From contig JBMRGM010000035.1 of assembly GCA_052327205.1 (NCBI GenBank), positions 52,452,001 through 52,516,000 on the forward strand: DNA of 64,000 bases, read 5' to 3'. Positions within the stretch are counted from its first letter, which is position 1. Each line of letters begins with the position of its first letter. The position numbers and the translations under genes were made by a program. The DNA is from Somniosus microcephalus. Lineage: Eukaryota. Below, one piece after another: positions 23,692 to 35,250 of this stretch. The notes under the pieces are model-generated. The model was given only the letters and a program-made list of their open reading frames with translations. It searched no databases and had not been told where the DNA came from.

Positions 23692-26600
23692 GTCTAGATT
23701 CAGATCAGCCATGATCCTATTAAATGGCGGAGCAGGCCCGAGGGGCCGTATGGCCTACTCCTGCTCCTATTTCTTATGTTCTTATGATATATATTCATGA
23801 CCTGGATTTGGATAAAGGGCACAATTTTGAAATTTGCAGCTGACTCAACTTGGAAGTGTTTAAAACAGTGAAGAAGTTAGTAATGGACTTCAAGAGGATG
23901 TAGACAGGCTGGTGGATTGGACGGACACATGGCAGATGAATTACAACAAAGAAAAGTGTGAGGTTATACAGTTTGGGAGGAAGAATGAGAAGAGACAATG
24001 CAAGCGAAATGGTACAATTTTGAAACTGTGCACGAACACTGACCTGGGGGGATGTTTGTGCACAAATCTTTGGTGGCAAGACAGGTTAACAAAGCAATTG
24101 TAGTTAATAAAGCCAATTGGATCCTGGACTTTATAAATAGGCGTAGAGTACAAAAGCCAGGAATCGATGGTAAACCTGTATAAGACACGAGTTTGGCCTC
24201 AGCTGGAGTATTGTGTCAATTCTGGGCACCACACTAGGAAGGGCGTGAAGGCTTTGGAGAAGAGACTTGCTAGAATGGTTTCAGGGATGAGGGATTACAG
24301 TTACTTGGAGAGACTGGAGAAGCTGGGATTGTTCCCCTTCGAGCAGAGAAGGTTAAGAGGAGATTTGATCGAGGTGTTCTAAAATGAAGAATTGTTTAGA
24401 TAGAGTAAATAGAACAACTTGTATTTATATAGCACCTTTAACGTAGTGTAACGTCCCAAGGTGCTTCGCAGGAGCCGCATAAGAATATATTGGGGCAGAT
24501 GACCAAAAGCTTGGTCAAAGAGTTTGGTTTTCAGGAGCGTTTTAAACAGGCCATGAAAATGTAAACACAGCGCTGGGGTTCATTTCTAGAGAGATCGAAT
24601 TGCAACGCAGCGAAGTGATGTTCAACATGTAGATTCTGTTAGAACCTTGGTTAGACCACACTTAGTGCACTCTGTACAGTTCTAGTCTCCATATTATGAA
24701 AAGGATAGAGAGACACTGGAGAAGGTGAAACAAAGATTGACGAGAATGATACCAGAACTGAGAGGTTCTAAGTATCCAGAATGACTGACCGTGCTGGGGC
24801 TCTTTTCTCTAGAAAAGTGAAGTCCGATGGGTTATTTATTAGAGATCTGTATAATTATGAAGTGGTTTGATCGGGTAGATGACAAAGATGTTGCCACTTG
24901 TGGGGAATCCAAAACTGGGGGTCAAAAACATAAGATAGTCACTAATAAATCCAATAAGGAGCTCAGGAGAAACCTCTTCACCCAGAAAGTAGTCAGAATG
25001 CAGAGCTTGCTGGTACATGGCGTAGTTGAGGTGAATCGCAGAGTGCCTTTAAGGGGAAGCTGGATAAGTACGAGGTAGAAAGGTATGGACGGATATGATG
25101 ATAGGGTGAGGTAAAGTAAGGTGGGTGGAGGCTCGTGTGGAACATAAACACTGGCATGGACCTGTTGGGCTGAATGGACTGTTCTGTGCTGTATATACTA
25201 TAATTCTACGGTGAATTCTGAATAGGCACGGTACAGCACTCGAAACAATCTTCAGCGAGGGGCTGAGGGTCAAAACTCTGACCTTCCACCCCATCCGATC
25301 TGAAGGTCTTGTGTAAAATGAATGTGGGGAGTTCAAACACAGTCCTTGGTGAGAGGTCAGATTTATACTACACTAGGCTGTAAATCGGCAGACTGGCTGT
25401 TACGTGCCGATGAAGTGCCTTCAAAATCCTGTTTAAAACCTCTCTCTCCGTCACTGATCTCAATCCACCTACAACCTTAACCCGTTCTCTGCTGCTCAGT
25501 CTGTTTGTGTCTCTACGAGCGTGTGTTTCTGTGTCCCACTATACATGTGTTTTTATATGTGGGTATGTCTGTGTAGGTGTTTCTCCATGTGTCTCTTGTA
25601 CTGATGTGTGTGTCTATAAACAGAACCCTACCTAATGAAAATATATCAATCTGAGGCTTGAACTTTTCAATTGAGCTCCAGCATGAACAGCATTTTTGGG
25701 GAAAGTTCCAGATTTCTACTACCCTTTGTGTGAAGAAGTGCTTCCGGACATCACACCTGAACAGCCTAGCTTTAACTTTAAGCTTTTGCCCCTTGTTCTG
25801 GACACTCCCACCAGATGAAATAGTATCTCTCGATCATCATAAAACCTCAGTGATCGCATCCTTAATTTTCTAAATTCAAGTTTATAAATTCAGGAACAGA
25901 AATGGTATGGAGCGGGGAGGGGAGCAGAGTAACAGTGGTAATGTCTAGGTAATGAAGAGGGAGCTCAGTATTTTACCTGCCTTTGAGGGCTCAATGCTGA
26001 CACTCTATAAAGTGGAGGTAGGAACAGGAGTCGGCTATTCAGCCCCTCGAGCCTGTTCCCCCATTCAGTGAGATCATGGCTGATCTATCGTAACTCCATC
26101 CACCTGTCTTGGCTCTGTATCCTTTATCCACCCTTGCCTGGCAAAAATCTATTGATCTCGGAATTAAATTATTAATTACGCGAGCATCTACTGCTTTTTG
26201 TGGGAGAGTTCCATACTTCTACCACCCTTTGCGTGAAGAAGTGTTTCCAAACTTCTCTCCTGAATGGCCTGGCTTTGATTTTGAGATTATGTCCCCTTGA
26301 CCTAGACTCCTCAACCAGTGGAAATAGTTTCTCTCTCTCTACCTTGACAATTCCTTTTAACATCCTAAAATCCTCAATCAAATGAAATCGCCCCTTAACC
26401 TTCTATATTCCATGGACTACAAGCCCAGTTTATGTAATCTCTCCTCACACAATCCTGGCACTCCCTCCCTAACAGCACTGGGAGTACCTTCACCACATGG
26501 ACTGCAGCGGTTCAAGAAGGCGGCTCACCAATATCTTTTCGAGGACAATTAGGGATGGACAATAAATGCTGGCCTTGCCAGCGATGCCCACATCCCAGAA

Positions 26601-26924
26601 ATGAATAAAATAAATAATTTAACCTTTGGTACCCTGGTAACATTCTGGTCTATCTGTGCTGCACTCTCTCCAAGGCCAGTATATCCTTCCTGAGGTGCGG
26701 TGCCCAGAACTGAATGCAATTCTGCAGATGGGGTCTTTCCAGAGCTCTCTACAGCTGAAGTACCAACATTCCATTAGCCTCTTTAATTATTATTGTACCC
26801 GTCCACGAGCTTTTACTAATTTAAGTACTTGGACCCCTAAATCTCGCCAGTAAGAGGTGTGGGGTGTGTGTATTTTCTGTTTAAATTGGTGCATTTGATT
26901 TAATTTGATTCTGGTATTTAACAG

Positions 26925-27230
26925 CAACAAACAACTCCTGTAAACCCTCAGCAACTGAATCTCTATTTGGAATAGTTCACCAGTCCCGGCGACTGATCCA
27001 ACTCTCCCTACGTATCTCTCTGCCCCACTATCCTTCCCCGGTGGGTTCAGATGTTGCAGACCGAAACAGTGAAAGATCCAGTGATTGTTTCCCACCAGCC
27101 CGAGCACTCCATGTTCTCACTGAATGAAACCTTCCTTCACGGGAAGCAGGCTCTGTTTGATTGTTTAGGTCCCGTAACCCCTGACCCTGTATTACTGCTG
27201 TCAGAATAATGGGCTGTACTCAGAAATAAA
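26925..27230 (+). pseudogene. Decayed beta-defensin-like terminal exon plus 3'UTR (paralogue of 63437-63744)
   Basis: Acceptor TTTAACAG at 26917-26924. Ends ...FPGGFRCCRPKQ* (TGA 27070-27072) at the position of the intact gene's stop region. The 3'UTR closely matches 63584-63744, with AATAAA at 27225. In-frame stops and a frameshift lie upstream. Confidence 0.7.
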
Positions 27231-27854
27231 ACTTACTGCATTGATCACAGCTTCACACCCATGTCTTGTTTCTCGTTAGGGTCAATGTGCTGGAGGACAA
27301 GGTGTCTGGGGATGAAATGAGACTGGGAGAAGATTTGGGAATCGCAGGAAATGGGAAGAGGAAACTGGCACAGGGAATCTCTCCAAGTGTCCAATAACAC
27401 ATTCAGAAAGTTACTGAGATAAGATGGCTGTCCCAGAGCGTCAGCACTCTGACCGTTTGGGGTTCAAGCTGTTTAACTTGAAACGGTGCCTTCAGGCAGA
27501 TTGGAAATTGACATCTATTGCATCAGACCCACAGATCGTTTGATGGGACAGTGTAGAGGGAGATTTACACTCAGTCTAACCTGTCCATCCTCTATCTTGT
27601 TTTTTCTCTAGCTACCTCATTTAATCTCTCTCTCTCTCTTTGCCTCAACTCACTCTCGTCTCTTTCTTTCTCAATGGCTCTATCTCTCCTCACCTCGTTT
27701 TCTCTCTCTCATACACCTTTGCTCTGTCTCTCCTCTCTCTATCTCTCTCATTTCTCTCTGCCTCGCTGTGTCTCACGCTTTCTGCCTTTCTCTTCTCTCC
27801 CTCGGTCCCTACTTCTGCCTCACTCTCAGTCCCCCTCTCTCTGCATGTATCGAC

Positions 27855-28756
27855 TGTTGTATCCTGAAAAGTGGACCTGGTGTTGTGCCAGGTCGACACT
27901 TAACCCTTTCCCCCTCAGAGCGGACTAAGTGATATACAAAGTCGACGCTTAGCTTTGGTGCAGATGACAGACTTCGAGTGAAGGATGGTTCAAAACGGTC
28001 TTTGTTCACAGGCCTGGGGAGAACCTTCTGAGACCCCTCTCAGATCCGACTCCACCGATTCCCTAGCAACAATTACAGTTATACAAAAACAAACCCCTGC
28101 CCTAGGGGCGGGGATAAAGCTTATCAGCATATACAGAGTTATAGCTAAACGGCAATTATAAACCGTGACATTTCATCTTCTTGCCGCCAACAAATCCCAC
28201 ATTTCAGTTTATCAGTTTGTCCCATCACCTCCTGTGACTGTGGGCCTCATCTTAATTGCTCAACAACCATCCATTTGCCCATAGCCAGGTGGTTTTGCTT
28301 GTTACATGTTGTCTTAAGATAACAGTCCTCGTTAAGGCGTGCAAAGCACAGACTTTCGGCCTCGTCTCGGGTTACCTCTGCAAAGCAAGCACATTCTGAT
28401 TAGTCCCACCATACTTTGAAGAATGGAACCCTGTTGTGATTTACAACAAACAAATTCTTAGGTGCGTTTTCTTGCATATGTGTTGCCTGGCCTGGCCAAA
28501 TAGACCTCCTCCCCAATCTTCCCGTGAGTTGTTCTGCAGTTTAATCTCTCAGGATTTGAAGTCACTTAATCATGTTTTAAAACTTAGCTGGGTAAATGCA
28601 ATATACAGACCTCTATATCGTTTAACTCAGGATAGGGATTAACCCATTATCTCCACCTTGTACATTGGTGCTGCATTATACATATTCTAACATAAAAACT
28701 AAATTATAAATATTCTAACATAAAAACTAAGCTTTAATAGTAATTTGGCTACTTCA
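27855..28756 (-). repeat. Provirus 3' LTR (902 bp)
   Basis: Minus-strand TGAAG...ACAACA, preceded by the PPT AAGGGGGGAC (28757-28766). Collinear with 37096-37969. Confidence 0.92.
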
Positions 28757-28914
28757 GTCCCCCCTTATGGACCATTGGTCATTTTGACCCAATACAGCCA
28801 ATATGCTGCAGTTTAAGATTGTTTGCTAAGAGTACCATCGCCCTAGTGGTACCAAGCCAGGGTGTCTAATACTCATACTTCCGCAATCCTAAACGCAGTC
28901 TTCATAATGATTCT

Positions 28915-31240
28915 ACTCACACCCTACCCCTTGCTTGTTGGTGGTTAGCAACAGTGTTTCTTTCTCTTCTTCCTTCGTTATTCGTTTGGTTATGGCCTGT
29001 GCGAGGTTGTGGTTCTTTCGCCATCGGCAATATCCACAAAGTTAGAACAAAGGGATCATTAATACGGCGCCTTGCACAACTACCAGCACGTTTGACATGA
29101 TCCTGATCCAGGGGTGTATATCGACATTTAGCCCCCAGTTCCAGATCTTATTGTACCAAGGAGTTTCCGCTAATGTTGTACCAATGTCTTTTTGTTGTTT
29201 CTTTAAGTCTTCCTCTATTTTATGATAATATAATTTAAACTTTCCTTCGTTTCCTGCCGTAATTTCTTCCAAGCCTCCTCTTCCTCTAACTTAGGAATTG
29301 CCTTGGGCTCTGGTATGACATAAGCTTCAACCTCTTTATTAAGTACCATACCATCAAGTGACCATGTTTTCGTTTCCTGTGGTCTTGGTGGGTGTATATA
29401 TTGATGTCCTATCTGTGTAGATATCTTTGGATCAAAACAAAAGTTTGGCTGGGGAATGGGACAAATCATACCTTGATATTCATATTTCTGTTCAGTTGTG
29501 GTGACACAAAATGTCCCGTTGTTCCTTGGTGCTACCCTTGTCCGGTGTATCCCCCTTGGGTGTACCTCAATGGTGCAATTGGTGTTTTTGGGAATCCGCA
29601 CTCGGATGTGTCTCCCTCGGTGGGGGGGCGGTGTGCACGCCCATGTCCTTCCCTTGTGGTGGCACCCGTCCATTACCACCCCACTTAAGGTTCCATTCTT
29701 CTGTTTATTCTCTTCATCCCCGTCCCAAAGTGCCTTGGTAGGGACATCATGATATTTAACCCAACTTTCCCTTTGTATCTCTCCTATGTTAATCACGTCG
29801 TATAGGGGCTGTCCCTCTTCTGGGAGTTGTGGGATGGCCAGTACAAAGCCAATCATCTTAGTCCATGGGGTCAGACAATTGCCTGCCCGGTATACTTGTC
29901 CCATTTTACGCCCCTTACATAGGCTTTCATTTGCGTCAATCAAAGGTTCCAGATCCTCATTAGTAATCCAGTCAGGGATCTGTCCATTATTTATTTGCCT
30001 CATGTTATGTTGAGCATTTGACAATAGCCATGACCCATACATGGCACATACTAGTTCCTTATGGGTTTGGCGAGAAGCATTGTCAAGTCGATCAATAATT
30101 GTATTGATTGTTTCTGCATGGGGGGCTACTACCTCTTCCACCCCCAACAATTGCATTATTGTTTGTTTTCCTGCCAGTGCCAATTGCTGGCTATTTCCAG
30201 TGGTTTGTTTTAGTAGCCTTTTTTATTTTTGGTTGTAGTTCCTCTATTCCTTCGTTTACTCCTTCTATGTCCAAGCTATTAACTGTTGCTAACCCGGCCG
30301 CATGCCCTGCTCCGGCCATTTCCAGTGCTCCCCTTTTCTTGCGTCTTTGTAAGAGAGATTTTCCCTGTGGACCCTCTAATTGTTTTACCCACAGGGAGTT
30401 CCATATTTGTTTTGTATGATTGTTACACATCGCGGGCATCTCTAGAGTACTCCTATTAATGGCAACCTTAATAGTTCTATGTGTTACACTAAAGTACACC
30501 TCATCTTGTGTTTTCCTTGTTATTAAATCCCCGGGTGCCCCTTTTTCCATTGGTGGGCCAGTTAGTGTAGTGAGGGTATTTTTATGCTTGTTGCTTTTCC
30601 TTTGTAACCCTATCCCCTCCGTCCTTTCCCTGATTTCCATCTGTAATATTTGTCCTCGCCGGGATCCCTTTTTGCGTTCCGCATTATAACATCATATCAT
30701 TCCCCTTTGTCTTTGACCTATTTTGGGCCAATTTAGTGGATTCGAACTCTGTCCCAAATATGGGAGCCCTATGTAATTTGGTGTAATCTCAACTGCTTTA
30801 TTGAATCCGGATCCTGTATCTACGAAATATCCCTTTCCTACTCAAAACTTTGGAGTTATTTGAACATTGTCCTTAGTACATAGGCACTCTATTTTAATCC
30901 CTTCGCCCTCCGTGACCCAGACAAACAAAGTCCCGTTAGCTGTACTTTCGTATTCACAATAATCACAGTACACAGTCACATCGCATCCGTTTCCCGAAGC
31001 CGCCCCCCATTCTAATGGTGGTGTATTGTTGGTGGGCATCTTGATTCAATTCTGGATGATGATTATGTTTCAAGTCGGGTCGATACCAAAGAGCATCAGA
31101 AGTCCCATTACAGATTCAGGGCGTATATTTAAGCATAAACTCCCGAGTTGTTCGCGCCTCCCACTAGACCCAGCGCTTATACTTCGGCATAGAATCCCGA
31201 TGAGAGCGCGATTGATGCTCCACTTCATTTTTCTATGCAT
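28915..31240 (-). pseudogene. env: env, a class I fusion glycoprotein with a Mononegavirales F-like layout, several stops and frameshifts
   Basis: Splice acceptor TTCTTTACAG at about 31250 then ATG 31240. Furin site RRKKR followed by GALEMAGAGHAAGLATVNSLDI and a heptad region. Cys-rich ectodomain (ORF 29215-30183). Membrane-proximal PWYNKIWNW and TM IMSNVLVVVQGAVLMIPLF. Confidence 0.8.
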
Positions 31241-31288
31241 TTATCGTTCCTGTAAAGAAAAATAAAGGGGCCAGTCGTCACCAGCCAA

Positions 31289-31522
31289 TTAGAACGGATA
31301 AGAATGGCATAATTCTATCACTTCAAACTGCTGTACGTCTGGTTCATTTCTTGGTCTGTGGCTCTGTTTCCAGATATACTTGAAGATGCAAACCACGACG
31401 TATAATATTAACATCCCGCACAGCCCTAGCATTAATATATGTAGAAACTGCCCTTCCCATTCTTTATACCTTCTAGCATACTCCTCACTCTCCTCAAAAG
31501 GCGCCATCTCTGGTTTACTCAT
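31289..31522 (-). CDS. Small proviral accessory ORF, 77 aa, predicted single-pass membrane protein
   Basis: Intact ATG to stop. The ATG overlaps the inferred pol stop (AATGAGTAA). Hydrophobic run FLHILMLGLCGMLILYVVVCIF followed by basic residues. Ends just before the env splice acceptor. Confidence 0.55.
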   Translation of the reverse strand: MSKPEMAPFEESEEYARRYKEWEGQFLHILMLGLCGMLILYVVVCIFKYIWKQSHRPRNEPDVQQFEVIELCHSYPF

Positions 31523-34500
31523 TGTTTTTGTTATATATTTTTAACTGAGTCCAGTGCTTCCACCGTCCTTTACCTGTTCCGGACTCATCTATACAAGCGA
31601 ATGTGTCACTGTTCATTCATACTTAGTAAGGTCCTGACCATCTGGGTGCCAGCCCTGGTTTGGCTGGTATTATTTTTGCCATCACCTTGCTACCTACAGC
31701 TGGGACCTCCTTCTGGTCGTCCTGTGCATCCTGTTCTAGATCCTGTATAATCTGTTGGTCTTTGGCCTCATGTCTGAGAGCGTGTAATTGCGTACACAAT
31801 TGTTTAATAAATCTCCTAATTCTATCCTTCAGGGGCCCTACTTCCTCACCCCCGGTAGCGACTCCTTCCGGCAGTGTCATTGCTCGTCCGGTCATTAGTT
31901 CGAAAGGTGTCAGCCCCGTGGTTCTATTCGGAGTTGCTCTAAGTCTCATCAGTATACTCGGGAGTAACTCTGCCCATCCCTTCCCCGTGTCTTCTATTGC
32001 TTTAGCTAAGGATAATTTCAAAGTCCGGTTCATCCTTTCCACCATCCCTGAACTCTGAGGGTGATATGGTATGTGGAACCTTTGTCTGATACTTAATAAT
32101 GCGCATGTTTCCTTTATAACCTTTCCTGTAAAGTGTGTTCCCTGGTCTGAATCAATCTGCAGCGGGACCCCCCATCATGGTACAACCTCCTCTGCCATTA
32201 TTCGTGCTACGGTTGCTGCTGTGCAATCTCTAGCGGTGAAAGCTTCAACCCATCGAGTAAATTGATCTATTATTACCAAACAGTACATTTTCCCCATTGA
32301 TTTCGGTAGAGGTCCAGTAAAGTCTATCTGCAACTTCTCCCATGGGCCTCTTGGTCTCGGCTGATGTCTCCACTTTACCTCGACAGGTTTCCCTATGTTA
32401 TACTGCGCACATATGGGGCAGTGTCTACAGAATCTGTCCACAGCTTGTTTCATTCCGGGCCACCACCAGCATCGCTGGAGGTTGTTTAACATATTGGATA
32501 TACCTGTGTGTTGCCTACCATGGTACATTTTCATTAATTCCTGTTGTATTCAGCCTGGTGCACATATCTGCTGCTCTTTCCTCCATATTCCCCCCGCCCT
32601 TTCTCCTTGTCCCCCTCGTTCCCATAGCTGTTTCTCCTCCTGGGATACTTCCTTATGTAATTTGGATATATCTATATCTTCTGGCAATGCAGTTATAGCA
32701 GCTATGTCTATCTGTGTTTCTGGTTCTGTGCTTCTCTTGTTTGCTGCTGCAACCTGTTGCTCTACCAATTTTCTGTCTGCACGATCGGCGGCTCTGTTTC
32801 CCTTTCTGTGGGGGAGTTCCTCCTCTGGTGGGCTTTTACCTTCACTACAGCTGTTTCAGTGGGTAACCCTGAGGCAGCTACCAATTCCTTTACTAATTCC
32901 TCATGCTGTATGGGTTTGCCACCTGAGGCAATATACCCCCTTCTACTCCAAGCTGCCATATAATCATGTACATAACAACTATCGGTATAGATATTCACCC
33001 GTTTCCCTGCTGCCAATTTTAATGCTTCTGTCAACGCTGTTAACTCAGCAACCTGTGCTGAACTACCCCCTGGTAATCTTCCTTCCCTCTGGACAGTGCC
33101 ATCTCTTGTCACCATGGCCCGACCTGTTCGTAGTGTTCCGTTAAAATATTTACGGGACCCGTCCACATATAGCTCTAGGTCTGCCTGTGTCAAAGGCAAT
33201 TCCCTGATCCTGTCTACATATTCTGATTCTTCTTCACTGGTGCAATAGTGTTCCTCTCCTTCCATTCCCATCATAGCTGCGGGGTTCTGGCTCATATCTC
33301 TAACTATCTGTATGGATTTATCTTTAGGTAACAGGACAGCCTCCCAAGCAGCCTTCCGGCCGTTTGAGACGGTTTTTAATCGTCCGGTGTTTAACAATTC
33401 CACTAGGGTGTGTTATGTATGTAACACAATATCCCCTGTCATTACTACAGGTTCACTCACTTTGTGCACGGTGGGCAGTCAATCAATCGCGGCAACGCAT
33501 CTTGGCATACCGGCTACTATCGGGGATCTCCGTGTCGAATAGTAGGCTACAGGTCTCATGTAATCCCCATGCTTTTGTGCTACCACTGCACTGTACTGTC
33601 CCCCGTGATTGTGGCAGAAGATATGATATGGTCTCCCCATATCAAGTAATCCTCAGGCTGGTGCGGCAGTCAGTGCCTGTTTTAATTTAGTGAAGGCCTG
33701 TAACTCTGTCCATTCAATGGGTTCGTCTGGAGCTTTTCCCCCTTTGGTCAATTCACAGAGAGGTGCAGCTAGTTGTGAGAATCCTTCAATAAAATTTCTG
33801 CTATAATTAAATAGTCCCATTACTTGTCACACTCCCCTTGTATTCACAGGTTTGGGCATATCGTTTATAGCCCACTTTCGATCCCCTGCCATGGCTCTCT
33901 TGCCCATGCTGATGTTATATCCCAGATAGGTTACCTCTGATTTCCCTACTTAAGCTTTGGTGGGGTTTACTTTGTGGCATTGCCACATTGGGGAAACACT
34001 GTGTGTATGTAGATAAACCTGTATAATCCCCTTTTAACTGCTGTATTCCCCTCCCCCTGCAAGACAGTTGCAAGCTGAGAGGAATAAGGCACGTGTAGAC
34101 TTGCCTGCTGCTGAGAGAAGGAAAACCAATCGGGTTCCAGCAGGTGACCAATCCGTGAGTCATCACAGGTTCGCGGGCTTCACGAATTCAGTATTGTATT
34201 GTGAGAGTTGGAGTAAAGACCTATTTCTTGTAGCTCGCTGTGTTGCCTATTTGTTTACGCGGGAGACCGTAGTCCCCCACAACTTTAAAGCCTGCATCCC
34301 GAAGAGCTTTCAGAATTTTAGACAAGGCTTTAACATGCCCCTGAGTGCTTGTGGAAGCTATCAGTAGATCGTCGACATACTGCAACACAGTGCTGCCGTC
34401 CTCCTCTAACTTTACTTCCTCCAGGGCCTTGGCCATGTGTCGGTGGAATATAGCTGGACTATTATGGAACCCTTGAGCGACCCTCGTCCAAGTATATTGT

Positions 34501-35250
34501 TTCCCATCTAGTGTGAAAGCAAATTTCTCTTGCGATTCTTTGTCCAATGGTATGGACCAGAATCCGTTCACAATGTCTAATACTGTAAAAATTTTGTGTT
34601 CAGGCTTTAGTTCATTAAAAATTGTAGCAGGGCTTGCTACTATCGGGCATTCCTTTGGGGTTACCTTATTTAGTTCTGTGTAATCTATTGTCAGTCGAAA
34701 TGATGCATCTGGTTTCCTTACTGGCCATATCGGGGAATTAGTTTCAGATATAGTTTCTCGTAAGATTCCCTGTTTGGTTAATTCCAACACTGTCCCGTAC
34801 TGCTGCTTTGGCTTCCTCCTTTAAAGGATATTGTTTGTGGGCGATGCATTGGTCCTGGTATTTTCACCAGAGGGGTTTGGACTAGTCCACAATCTTGTTT
34901 GTGTTACCCACACCCCAATATACTCTCTGCATGGGATTGTCCACGGTCCCTTCTTATCCCATTCTGGGTCTATAATCTTCGTTGCCCCTGCCCGATCTGC
35001 TTTGTTTCCCGGGGCTGCCTGTTTGTTTGACTTATAATCTGGTGGCCAGTACACTTCATTTGCTTTAGGGTCGACTAAAGCTCCTACTTCTCGCAGTATG
35101 TCTATCCCTAGGATTGTTCCTTCAGTATTCTCGCATACCCACAACTGTGCAGGTATTATTATACATCCAATTTCTAGTAAAACTGTTTCGCTCTTATGAG
35201 CCCTGATTTTTCGTCCACCGATTCCTGTTACATTAATTGAAAGTTTTGTT
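31515..35250 (-). pseudogene. pol: pro-pol remnants (partial protease, RT, connection/tether, RNase H, integrase)
   Basis: VTGIGG...ILGIDIL, NSPIWPVRK, LDIVNGFWS, QGFHNSP, QYVDDLL, YVDGS...SAQVAEL...YTDS, HHCC zinc finger, QIDFTGP, SDQG, VERMN, WSGPY. Confidence 0.9.
33973..34281 (+). mobile_element. Solo LTR (309 bp) of another element, inserted in the proviral RT, 4-bp TSD ACTT
   Basis: TGTGG...CCACA termini. ACTT at 33969-33972 and 34282-34285. Removal restores DAGFKVNP on the minus strand. Confidence 0.85.

Larger units (their letters stand above)
19194..23786 (+). mobile_element. Near full-length CR1 LINE (5'UTR, ORF1, ORF2, 3'UTR) nested in an older CR1
   Basis: 69-bp tandem repeats in the 5'UTR, ORF1, ORF2 and a (TTCTTATG)n tail. 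The older CR1 resumes at 23787. Confidence 0.92.

Noticed and set aside
26925-27126. Open phase-1 frame TNNSCKPSATESLFGIVH...
   Set aside because: It runs into the conserved 3'UTR, has no motif, and is interrupted in the 47 kb copy.
32395-33144. 249-aa + strand ORF and other antisense ORFs over the provirus
   Set aside because: Shadow frames opposite pol, env and gag with no recognisable motifs.
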